From Methanomicrobiales archaeon (GTDB lineage: Archaea > Halobacteriota > Methanomicrobia > Methanomicrobiales > Methanomicrobiaceae), in the NCBI GenBank assembly GCA_012523385.1, contig JAAYIO010000034.1:1-35992 (forward strand): a stretch of 35,992 bases of DNA, read 5' to 3'. The number at the start of each line of letters is the position of its first letter. Position 1 is the stretch's first letter. Shown piece by piece: positions 9,329 through 18,195 of this stretch. Position numbers and translations under genes: made by a program. The notes under the pieces were generated by a model that was given only the letters and a program-made list of their open reading frames with translations, ran no database searches and had not been told where the DNA came from.

Positions 9329-10477
9329 ATGAAAGGTAATAGTTCAGGAAAATTGGTGTTGATGATCTGCATCCTTATCGGACTGCTCGTCGTCCCTGCA
9401 TGTGCAGAAAACCTCTGTATAACCCGTGATGTCGCTGACTTCGCCTACACCGGCAATTCATTTGAGGTGACAGTCAATCTCGATAATCTCCGGGCAGGGG
9501 GTATCATAGAAACAATCCCTTCGGGGATGACCTTTGTCTCTACTACTCATCCAAAAGAACGATATGAGCAGCAAGGACAGGAGATCATCTTCTCGGTCGT
9601 CGAGGATGACAGTATCAGTTACACGTTAAGGGCCGGAAGTACAGGAACAGCAACAATCAAAGGAATCTGGTATGATGCGCTGACAAAGCAGGACGGAGTT
9701 ATTCCAGATAGCTCTCTATCAGTTCATGCATATTCCAGTGGTGGAAGCGATTCTAGTGATGATTCCGCTGCAACCATTTCAGCGCTTGTTCTGAATGTAG
9801 AGGGGAAAGTCAGTACGCCTATGCAGGTGAAGTCCAATGATCAACGTGCAGTCCTTGACATCCCGGTTGGTGTCTCTGCACATGACGAAAAAGGACAACC
9901 AATCAGTGAGGTTAGTATTGCAGGTCTCAGGAGTTTGGAGGTTGAAGAACTCAGTGGCACCGATTATTTGTTTGAGAACCATGTCTACCGCTGTTCACCT
10001 GCTGGTGCAACCTTTGATCCTGCTATTGACCTCTCATTTACCTTTACGCAGGAAGAATGGGACTCATTCCCTGAAGATAAAAGCTTGCGGATACAGCACT
10101 ATGATCCAAAAAAGAAAGAATGGACTCCCCTTCCGACAACCATAGATGAAGAGAGCAGAACCATCTGCGCATCCACCACACATTTCAGCATATTTGGAGT
10201 TTTCACTGCTAAAAAGGCAGTTAATCCAACCGCAACGATAGCTAAAGAGACTGCTTCCCCGACGAAACATAAACCAGTAACCATTGCAGACGCGTCAAAC
10301 GTTCCTAAAGAAAAAGCAGACACGCCCGAACATGTAACCGTTTTCACCGCACCAGATGAAGCAGATGGAAAACCAAATATGAACCCCCTGTTCTTTGTTG
10401 CAGCCCTGATTGTCGTAATCATTGCAATCTCCGCAGTAGTGGTGATGAAAAAGAACGGAAAAGAAAAGGAGGAGTGA
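9329..10477 (+). CDS. Secreted, C-terminally membrane-anchored surface protein with an N-terminal beta-sandwich (cohesin-like) domain and a ZU5-like domain
   Basis: Signal peptide ending PACA, a beta-rich domain, S/G/D linker, a second domain ending THFSIFGVF, a P/T/A/K-rich stalk, TM helix PLFFVAALIVVIIAISAVVVM and a charged tail. The domain names are inference. Confidence 0.7.
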   Translation: MKGNSSGKLVLMICILIGLLVVPACAENLCITRDVADFAYTGNSFEVTVNLDNLRAGGIIETIPSGMTFVSTTHPKERYEQQGQEIIFSVVEDDSISYTLRAGSTGTATIKGIWYDALTKQDGVIPDSSLSVHAYSSGGSDSSDDSAATISALVLNVEGKVSTPMQVKSNDQRAVLDIPVGVSAHDEKGQPISEVSIAGLRSLEVEELSGTDYLFENHVYRCSPAGATFDPAIDLSFTFTQEEWDSFPEDKSLRIQHYDPKKKEWTPLPTTIDEESRTICASTTHFSIFGVFTAKKAVNPTATIAKETASPTKHKPVTIADASNVPKEKADTPEHVTVFTAPDEADGKPNMNPLFFVAALIVVIIAISAVVVMKKNGKEKEE

Positions 10478-10482
10478 TTTAA

Positions 10483-12282
10483 ATGAATATTCCAATCAAT
10501 TCAAAGACACTTTTGGGTCTGCTTGTGATGCTTATCTCACTAGCATTTGCTGTTGTGCCCGCAGCTGCCCTTCCGGGTGATACGAATGGGGACTATGACG
10601 TTACCGCAGCTGAACTGACGGATGTAGTGTTCACATATATGAAGGCAACCTTCCTTAACGACGGAAGTAACGCCCTTACCGATGAAGAACTCTCTCTTGC
10701 GGCACACAACTGCCTGAAACTTCCCTACGGGAGAATAGTTATCCCCGTAGAAGGGGAACTCGATTTATTACCCACTCCAAACGTTCTGGATCGTAAAGCA
10801 TCACCGCAGAGCCTTCTCTATGAAGGCCTGGTGACACGAGACCGGAGCGGAGCATTCCGCGGATGGCTTGCAAAGAACAACGAATGGACAGTATCATCCG
10901 ATGCAAAGACATGGACTATACCTCTTGTTGAGAATGCAGTCTGGCATGACGGTGAACCGTTTACCTCTGCCGATGTGCAGTTTACCTTTGATTACTTGAC
11001 AAATCCGGATAATGAACTCATCACAATGGGTCCTGTATTATCTCAGGTTGAATCCGTTGAATGTGATGGTGATTATACCGTTATTTTCAATCTTAAGGAA
11101 TCCAACCCCGTATTCCTTGAAATATTAAGTGGTGGGCCTGGCGTTGGCGTATACCCACGGCACATATGGCAATCATGTACAAACCCCCTTACAGAACAGG
11201 ATCACGAATTCATTGGAACAGGCCCATTCAAGTATCTGAATAGTGAACCGGGCATGTCGGTAATTCAGGCATTCCCCGACTATCATGGCAATCTTCCCCT
11301 GGTAAAACAAGTTATAAAGAAAGTATATTCAGATGAAGGTAGCCAGGTGCAAGCCCTTATCAATGGTGATATTGACGTGGTTGGCACAGGTTTCGGGCTC
11401 AAACCTGCAAGTGTAACGGCACTTACTGGCAAGAATAATATCGAATTAATTCGTGCTCCTTATCAGGGCCAAGTATTTGAAATCGCGTTTAACTCCGAAC
11501 TATATCCAGGAAATATCACGGCTTTCCGAAAGGCACTCAGCCATGCGGTCAATCGCGCAGGTATGACAACCATGATTGGAGGAGGGTATGCACGTGAAAC
11601 CCACACATCGTACATACTCCCCCCCGACAATCCGGTCAATAATCCTAACACCAACAACAAATTCAATTATGACATAGCACTTGCAAAAACCCTCCTCAGC
11701 GAGGCAGGGTTTACGATAGACTCCAGCAGTGGCAAAAACGTGTTGAAAGATCCCTCTGGTAACCCGGTAGAACTTACCATGGTCTACGGAGGAAAAGCAT
11801 CCAGCGGGAATGCCGATCAAAAAATGGTCCAATATTTAAGACAGGACTGGGAGACTAAACTGGGAATAAAGATCACGACACTTAATTCGGAAAAGTCGAC
11901 TTACAATGGGTTGATCGGTACTACCAATATCCACTTTGATGGTATGCCGATGAGGTTCCATGATGACATCGAAGATTTCTCTAATTTCAATACCAGCCCT
12001 TCGGGAACCAATTATTACCACTGGCAAAACGATACCTTCACGAACCTTATGATTGAACTTGGAAAAACAAACGATGATAGCGATAGACAAGAAATTGGTT
12101 ACGCACTCCAGGAGATTCTGGTCGCAGAGGCACCAATGATCCCTGTCTGTAGCATGGATGCCATTGTTGCCTATCGGAGTGACCGATTCACGGGACTTCA
12201 GGAGATCATTGAAATAGCCGGGGGGGATATTGACATCTATGCCCAGATAAAACCCATCTCGGTAGCTGTGGCAATTCCCTGA
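10483..12282 (+). CDS. ABC transporter family-5 (Opp/Dpp/Nik) substrate-binding protein with an N-terminal dockerin/EF-hand-like module
   Basis: LLYEGLV, WHDGEPFTSADVQFTF, IGTGPF and FRKALSHAVNR. A cleavable signal ends AAA and is followed by GDTNGDYDVTAAEL. Confidence 0.85.
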   Translation: MNIPINSKTLLGLLVMLISLAFAVVPAAALPGDTNGDYDVTAAELTDVVFTYMKATFLNDGSNALTDEELSLAAHNCLKLPYGRIVIPVEGELDLLPTPNVLDRKASPQSLLYEGLVTRDRSGAFRGWLAKNNEWTVSSDAKTWTIPLVENAVWHDGEPFTSADVQFTFDYLTNPDNELITMGPVLSQVESVECDGDYTVIFNLKESNPVFLEILSGGPGVGVYPRHIWQSCTNPLTEQDHEFIGTGPFKYLNSEPGMSVIQAFPDYHGNLPLVKQVIKKVYSDEGSQVQALINGDIDVVGTGFGLKPASVTALTGKNNIELIRAPYQGQVFEIAFNSELYPGNITAFRKALSHAVNRAGMTTMIGGGYARETHTSYILPPDNPVNNPNTNNKFNYDIALAKTLLSEAGFTIDSSSGKNVLKDPSGNPVELTMVYGGKASSGNADQKMVQYLRQDWETKLGIKITTLNSEKSTYNGLIGTTNIHFDGMPMRFHDDIEDFSNFNTSPSGTNYYHWQNDTFTNLMIELGKTNDDSDRQEIGYALQEILVAEAPMIPVCSMDAIVAYRSDRFTGLQEIIEIAGGDIDIYAQIKPISVAVAIP

Positions 12283-12326
12283 ATTATGAAATATTATCAC
12301 CAACTCCTGGGATTTCCGGATTTAAT

Positions 12327-12336
12327 CCTTTTTTAT
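12327..12336 (+). terminator. Possible internal oligo-T terminator between the binding-protein and permease genes
   Basis: T7 run in the 115-nt spacer; oligo-T tracts act as archaeal terminators. Confidence 0.3.
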
Positions 12337-12397
12337 GGTATTGATCAGAACCAACCCCATTTCAGCAGAAAAAAGAGATATATCGAGTGATTAAATA

Positions 12398-13378
12398 ATG
12401 GAAGCCAGATACCTATTCAAGCGATTATGCTACTGTGGTCTGGCGTTCATTGCCAGTATTACCATTATATTTCTTTTGCTCCATTTCATGCCCGGGGACT
12501 ATGTTACCTTCTATTTATTGGAGATATCGCGGACAACACCCGTGGAAGTCATTGAGCACTATCAGCATGTGTATGGATTAGATCAGCCATTTCTGGAACA
12601 TTATGTCAATTACGTGGTAGCAGTTATCCAAGGGGATTGGGGTTACTCCTTTGAATACAGGGTGCCGGTTTTCCCGTTAATCGGTCAGAAACTCTGGTGG
12701 ACAGTCATGATAATGGTACCATCACTCATACTCTCCACAATTATCGGAGCAGTAGCGGGTGCCTGGTCAGGATGGAAGAGAGGTACAAAAGGTGATATGG
12801 CACTCCTTAGCAGTATGCTCTTTTTCAGGGCAATCCCCTCATACTGGCTTGCCATCATGGGACTGTTGGTTTTTTCCTGTCTTCTCGGGTGGTTCCCCCT
12901 TGGCGGATACATGAGTATAAATGCCTTATTTTCCGGATATGACATTTTTGACATCATACACCATGCTGCACTCCCCATCCTCACCACCACCCTCCTCAGC
13001 CTGACAGGCACTTACTACCTGATGAGAAACTCCATGCTCATGACCCTTGGTGAAGATTATATCACTACTGCCCGTGCAAAGGGACTGAAAGAGAGCGTGA
13101 TCTTAAGAAAACACGCTGCCAGAAACGCATTGCTCCCCATGGTGACCATGATCGCTATGCAATGTGCTCATCTGATGGCCGGCAGTATTTTCATTGAAAC
13201 CATCTTCTCCTGGCCGGGAATGGGTATGCTGACATTTAACGCCCTGAATATGAGAGACGTGCCTTTGCTTCAGGGAATTTTTCTCATGGGCGCACTGATT
13301 CTTATCGCAGCAAACTTTGCCGCGGATATGGTCTATCCACTCCTAGACCCGAGGGTCGAGGAGAGTATGCATGAGTAA
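12398..13378 (+). CDS. Peptide/nickel ABC transporter permease (DppB-like)
   Basis: MPGD, YGLDQP, GDWGYSF, EDYITTARAKGL, HAARNALLP and ETIFSWPGMG. Confidence 0.9.
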   Translation: MEARYLFKRLCYCGLAFIASITIIFLLLHFMPGDYVTFYLLEISRTTPVEVIEHYQHVYGLDQPFLEHYVNYVVAVIQGDWGYSFEYRVPVFPLIGQKLWWTVMIMVPSLILSTIIGAVAGAWSGWKRGTKGDMALLSSMLFFRAIPSYWLAIMGLLVFSCLLGWFPLGGYMSINALFSGYDIFDIIHHAALPILTTTLLSLTGTYYLMRNSMLMTLGEDYITTARAKGLKESVILRKHAARNALLPMVTMIAMQCAHLMAGSIFIETIFSWPGMGMLTFNALNMRDVPLLQGIFLMGALILIAANFAADMVYPLLDPRVEESMHE

Positions 13379-14195
13379 GAAAAATCTTGCCATGAGTGTC
13401 AGTATAGCAATATTTGCCATCTATCTGCTCATTGCTCTCTTTGCACCGCTCCTGACCCCCTACGACCCGTTTATTATTGCGGGAGGCATATATGAAGAAC
13501 CATCGCCAGAACATCTCCTCGGCACTAACGATCTTGCGCAGGATATCTTTAGCCAGCTCATATATGGCACGCGTGCTACCCTTTTGCTCGGATTTACCGG
13601 AGCGATACTATCGGTCTCCATCGGAACGGCCATTGGTATAGTCTCGGGCTACTATGGAGGTAGAGTGGATGAGTTTATCACCCGCACTCTTGACATCGTC
13701 ATGACAATCCCCACGTTCCCACTCCTGCTTGTGATGATGATGTTCTTTACCCCCGGTATCTATGTGACAGGGATTCTCATGGGGCTACTTGGCTCTGCAC
13801 GCGGAGTCCGTGTCATCCGTTCGCAGGTGTTGTCCATTGCCCAGATGAACTTTATTACCGGAGTCAAGGTAATGGGCGCAAGCGATCTCTACGTCATGGC
13901 AAAGCACGTTCTTCCAAACCTCCTCTCTCTTGTAACGGTTCAGTTCGTCTTTTCGGCACAGCACTTTATGGTCATGGGTATAGGCCTTGGATTCCTCGGT
14001 TTAGGAGACTCAAATGTGATAGACTGGGGCCAGATGATTGACCGTGCATATCAAAACGGGGGTGTCATCAACGGACTCTGGTGGTGGCTTATTCCCCCCG
14101 GAATGGCGGTAACATTCCTTTCACTTAGTCTGGCACTCTTTGGATACAGTATGGAAGATGAGATCAATCCACGGATGAAACTGACGAGGATTTGA
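13371..14195 (+). CDS. Peptide/nickel ABC transporter permease (DppC-like)
   Basis: PSPEHLLGTNDLAQDIFSQLIYGTR, HVLPN, LGFLGLG, DWGQM and WWWLIPPG. Confidence 0.9.
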   Translation: MSKKNLAMSVSIAIFAIYLLIALFAPLLTPYDPFIIAGGIYEEPSPEHLLGTNDLAQDIFSQLIYGTRATLLLGFTGAILSVSIGTAIGIVSGYYGGRVDEFITRTLDIVMTIPTFPLLLVMMMFFTPGIYVTGILMGLLGSARGVRVIRSQVLSIAQMNFITGVKVMGASDLYVMAKHVLPNLLSLVTVQFVFSAQHFMVMGIGLGFLGLGDSNVIDWGQMIDRAYQNGGVINGLWWWLIPPGMAVTFLSLSLALFGYSMEDEINPRMKLTRI

Positions 14196-14211
14196 ACAGG
14201 AGGAAAACAGG

Positions 14212-15147
14212 ATGGACATCATTCGTATTAAAAACTTAAACGCCGGTTTTCCAACCAAAAGGGGCCTTGTCAGGGCAGCCACGTCCGTGGATCTAACCAT
14301 CAGAGAAGGTGAGTGTCTGGGTCTCATAGGAGAGTCTGGATGTGGAAAGACCGTGCTGGGTATGACCATCATGCGCCTTCTCCAGCCAAACACCATCATC
14401 AGCGGTGAGATATTCTACAAGGGCCAAAATCTCCTTGCACTAAAAGAAGAAGAGATGAGGAAACTTAGAGGAAAAGAACTCGGAATGATCCTCCAGAACT
14501 CTACTACCTCACTGAACCCGGTTCTTTCCGTTGGTGATCAGATTGCAGAGGGCATCATCCTTCACGAGGGTCTTCGTAAAAAAGAGGCTCGAGAAAAAGC
14601 TACAGAACTGCTGGAAAAAGTACAGATAAAAAATGCAGCGGTCATGAGCAAAAGATATCCTCATGAATTCTCAGGCGGGATGCGTGAGAGGGCAATGATC
14701 GCGATTGCTCTCGCCTGTTCACCATCATTTGTTATCGCAGATGAACCGACGACCGGACTTGACAACCGAACGATGAAGGGAGTTATTTCTCTTTTAGCAG
14801 AGGTAGCCAAAAGTAAATCCATGCTTTTTATCACCCATGATCTCGCCGCAGCGTCTGAAATTTGTGATACTATCGCGGTGATGTATGCAGGAGAGATTGT
14901 TGAATGGGGAGATGTTGATGAGGTATTTTCTGCACCACTTCACCCATATACCAGCGGACTTCTCAACTCGCTGCCGGAAAGGGGATTTATTGCGATTCCG
15001 GGGAGCAGCCCTTCGCTCATTGATCTGCCCGGCGGATGCAGATTTAAAGAGAGGTGTGCATGTTCAGAGGAGAGATGTGCCAGAGCTCACCCCCTCATGA
15101 AAGAGATCTCGTCATCACACAAAGTGAGGTGTCACCGGTATGATTGA
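14212..15147 (+). CDS. Peptide/nickel ABC transporter ATPase (DppD-like)
   Basis: GESGCGKT, YPHEFSGGMRER, IADEPTT, ITHD, HPYT and a Cys-rich tail GCRFKERC...C...C. Confidence 0.9.
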   Translation: MDIIRIKNLNAGFPTKRGLVRAATSVDLTIREGECLGLIGESGCGKTVLGMTIMRLLQPNTIISGEIFYKGQNLLALKEEEMRKLRGKELGMILQNSTTSLNPVLSVGDQIAEGIILHEGLRKKEAREKATELLEKVQIKNAAVMSKRYPHEFSGGMRERAMIAIALACSPSFVIADEPTTGLDNRTMKGVISLLAEVAKSKSMLFITHDLAAASEICDTIAVMYAGEIVEWGDVDEVFSAPLHPYTSGLLNSLPERGFIAIPGSSPSLIDLPGGCRFKERCACSEERCARAHPLMKEISSSHKVRCHRYD

Positions 15148-15928
15148 AATCACGGATCTAAAGACCACGTTCTCCACCGGACTTTTTAAGAAACACACGA
15201 TAAATGCGGTGGACGTGGTATCTCTGCATATTAAAAAGGGTGAAACTCTGGGTCTCGTTGGCGAGAGCGGTTGTGGAAAGACCACTCTTGGAAAAACAAT
15301 ACTCAGACTGGTGGAACCCTCTGCAGGGACAATCTGCTTTGATAACCAAGACATCACACGCCTCTCGATGCGTGAAATGAGAAAGATTCGACCCCGCATG
15401 CAGATGATCTTTCAGGATCCTGACTCTTCCTTAAATCCGCGCATGACGGTGGCAGAGAGTATTGCCGAACCACTCCGGCAGGCAGGAACCAAAAAGCAGG
15501 AAATTCCAAAAAGGGTAGAGGAACTTCTTACCCTTGTGGGGTTGAGCCTGGAACACCTCGACCGGCATCCCTATGAACTCAGCGGCGGGCAGAATCAACG
15601 GGTGGTGCTCGCCCGCGTACTTGCACTGGAACCTGATTTTATCATTGCAGATGAACCCACCTCTGCACTGGACGTTTCGGTTCAGGCACAGATTCTAAAG
15701 CTGATCCGGGATCTAAAGGATGAATTGGGCCTTACATGCCTCTTCATCTCCCATGATCTCATGGTTGTACGCCACATGAGTGACAGTATTGCCGTTATGG
15801 GGCAGGGAAAAATTGTCGAGATCGGTACTCCGGATGAAATTTTTGAATCACCCTCTCATCCGTACACCAAAGATCTCGTCTCTTTTGCAAAGAATGCAGT
15901 CCTCCCGTACAAGAAGGAGTCTAAATGA
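15140..15928 (+). CDS. Peptide/nickel ABC transporter ATPase (DppF-like)
   Basis: GESGCGKT, FQDPDSSLNPR, PYELSGGQNQR, IADEPTSALDVSVQ, ISHD and HPYT. Confidence 0.9.
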   Translation: MIEITDLKTTFSTGLFKKHTINAVDVVSLHIKKGETLGLVGESGCGKTTLGKTILRLVEPSAGTICFDNQDITRLSMREMRKIRPRMQMIFQDPDSSLNPRMTVAESIAEPLRQAGTKKQEIPKRVEELLTLVGLSLEHLDRHPYELSGGQNQRVVLARVLALEPDFIIADEPTSALDVSVQAQILKLIRDLKDELGLTCLFISHDLMVVRHMSDSIAVMGQGKIVEIGTPDEIFESPSHPYTKDLVSFAKNAVLPYKKESK

Positions 15929-16488
15929 ACAATTCAGGCGGGTTTGCTGGATGTGTACCTCCGGTGTTTCTTATCACGGGCGAGAGGGGCGAGGGGAAGA
16001 CCACCACTCTCGGCAGGGTCATAGAGAGACTCAAAGATGAGAGAGTGGCAATTTCCGGAATAATTACTCTCGGCACGGTGAAAGACGGGTTACGAAATTC
16101 GTTTACGGTTGTTAATGTGGCAACAAATGTTGGCGTGCAACTCTGTTCAAGAGAAACGGGAACAAATGGTAAGCGATGTGGGGAATTTCTTTTCAACACC
16201 GAAGGCCTCGAACATGGTTTTCAGGCGCTATCTCTGGAATCAGCAAAAGGTGCAGAACTGATCGTTATTGATGAGGTAGGTCATTTAGAGCTTCGCGGTG
16301 AGGGGTGGTCTGCCTGTATTGACCGGCTGACGACAGAGATTGACAAGATACCCATGGTCTGGGTGGTACGAAAATACAGTCTGAGTCAGGTTATAGCCCG
16401 GTGGAGACTGTTAAACCCCGTCATACTGGACATTAACGAGTATAGTGCTGATGAAATCGCGAATATGATAATTAAAAAAATAGAGTGA
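15925..16488 (+). CDS. THEP1/NTPase_1 (DUF2478-like) P-loop NTPase
   Basis: ITGERGEGKTT Walker A and LIVIDEVGHLELRGEGW Walker B region; overlaps the dppF stop. Confidence 0.8.
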   Translation: MNNSGGFAGCVPPVFLITGERGEGKTTTLGRVIERLKDERVAISGIITLGTVKDGLRNSFTVVNVATNVGVQLCSRETGTNGKRCGEFLFNTEGLEHGFQALSLESAKGAELIVIDEVGHLELRGEGWSACIDRLTTEIDKIPMVWVVRKYSLSQVIARWRLLNPVILDINEYSADEIANMIIKKIE

Positions 16489-16503
16489 AATTGAGTGATT
16501 GAT

Positions 16504-18195
16504 ATGAAATGCAATTATTGTGAGATAAAATGTGAAATTCGGGAAGGCAAAGAGGGACACTGCAGAATGTTTACCAATGTTGGTGATGTTATCCTGGAAA
16601 AATTTCCTGACATGTATCTGAGTATCTATCCAACCACCATAGAGACGGTTCCAATGATGCATTATTATCCAAGGAACAGATTTCTGGTTGTAAGCACGAT
16701 CGGATGCAACTTTTCATGTGAAGGATGTGTCTCCGGTCTTATAACCACAAATTGTGATTTGGTATCAAAAGCAATGAAATGCATCCCACCAGAAGAAATG
16801 ATCCAAAAGGTCAGGGAGGAAAATTGCACGGGGGTTGTCTTCTGTCTCAATGAACCAACCGTTGCATTTCCAAGTTTCATGCGTCTTGCAAAAGCAGCAC
16901 GGGCAGAAGGTCTTACCGTGGGATGTTCCTCCAACGGCTATATGACAGAGGAGACTGTTTCCAGGCTAATTCCATATCTCGATTTTGTGAATATTGGTTT
17001 AAAGGGATATTCCGATGAACGCTACCGTGAGTGTGGCGTTGGTTCTTTCGAACCGGTCTTCAGAAACATACGAATGTTGCATGATGCAGGGGTTCACCTT
17101 GAGGTCTCCATGATGTATATAAAAGGAAGAGAGGAAGAGTTGTTAAAAGCAGCTCAATTCCTCGGTGGTCTCTCTCCGGACATACCCCTTCAGGTAATGC
17201 GGTTCATGCCATTTGGGAGTGCATCTGATGAAATGGAACCACATGTGAGTGAAGCTGAAAGGTTATGTAAAGAAGCAGGCAGGTATCTCAATTACGTATA
17301 TCTCTTCAACTCCATAGGGACAGACCTTCTGAACACGCACTGCCCTAAATGTAATGCCACGGTAATTTCCCGAGGATTCAATGGCCCTATGGGAGCAAAG
17401 GTTGAGAGTTTCCTGGAAAGAGGAATATGCACGTGTGGGTACCAAATACCCATGAAAGGCACCATAGCAAACGAGGCGTATAGTGAACCACGATTCCTTG
17501 GAGGATACAGGATTACACGCGGGATGGAATCTATACATGAATTATTCGGAGTGCTCGGAGTTACCGACAATAAAACATTTCAGGATATCTGGCCTGTTGT
17601 GATGAACAGTAATTACATGGCAACCTATCACGAAAGGCTTGAAAACATCCCCCGGTATCTTGAAACGGTGGAAGAATTTGGCAATATGACAGGAACCGAG
17701 AAGAAAGCGATAAGAATTATCAATTATCTGAAGGATACGATAAACGAGGTCAGCTCTCAGGTTGAAAAGGTTCCCATGCCGCGCGTATATTACACGATGG
17801 GACACCCGTTTATTTCTATGCATGCCAGCAAACTTGAGAACAAACTGGTCGAAATAGCCGGGGGTTTTAGTCTGAATAATGTGATTAATTCAGGCGAGCG
17901 GCAAAACAGCACCATCTCAGTTGAAGAGATCAACAAACTTAACCCTGAGATAATCCTTTTCTCAGGTAATATGGGATTTTCCGTACCTGAATTTTATGAC
18001 TTCTGCCACGAGAATAAAATAGACGTTGATGCCGTTTCAAATCACCGGATATCACGTTTAGAAGGGAGTAGATGGCGATTTGGCAGTCCTATGTGGTTTG
18101 CGAGTCTGCTTGATATTGCCAATCATATTCACCCGGAGATCTTCAATTATAACATCGGGGAAGAGATTGAAAAGTTTAACATATCCATTAAATAG
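16504..18195 (+). CDS. Radical SAM protein (AmmeMemoRadiSam/PflA-like) fused to the helix plus C-lobe of a BtuF/TroA-like binding protein
   Basis: N-terminal CNYCEIKC...C, then GCNFSCEGC (CxxxCxxC, 16705-16728), NEPT, SSNGY and CPKC...CTCG. The C-terminal part has PRVYY...EIAGG...ISVEEINKLNPEII...AVSNHRI...ANHIHPEIF. ATG at 16504 is preferred over GTG at 16495. Confidence 0.8.
   Translation: MKCNYCEIKCEIREGKEGHCRMFTNVGDVILEKFPDMYLSIYPTTIETVPMMHYYPRNRFLVVSTIGCNFSCEGCVSGLITTNCDLVSKAMKCIPPEEMIQKVREENCTGVVFCLNEPTVAFPSFMRLAKAARAEGLTVGCSSNGYMTEETVSRLIPYLDFVNIGLKGYSDERYRECGVGSFEPVFRNIRMLHDAGVHLEVSMMYIKGREEELLKAAQFLGGLSPDIPLQVMRFMPFGSASDEMEPHVSEAERLCKEAGRYLNYVYLFNSIGTDLLNTHCPKCNATVISRGFNGPMGAKVESFLERGICTCGYQIPMKGTIANEAYSEPRFLGGYRITRGMESIHELFGVLGVTDNKTFQDIWPVVMNSNYMATYHERLENIPRYLETVEEFGNMTGTEKKAIRIINYLKDTINEVSSQVEKVPMPRVYYTMGHPFISMHASKLENKLVEIAGGFSLNNVINSGERQNSTISVEEINKLNPEIILFSGNMGFSVPEFYDFCHENKIDVDAVSNHRISRLEGSRWRFGSPMWFASLLDIANHIHPEIFNYNIGEEIEKFNISIK

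Noticed and set aside
10300-10477. Possible PGF-CTERM archaeosortase signal on the scaffold protein
   Set aside because: A TM helix and basic tail are present but no PGF/PEF-type motif precedes the helix.
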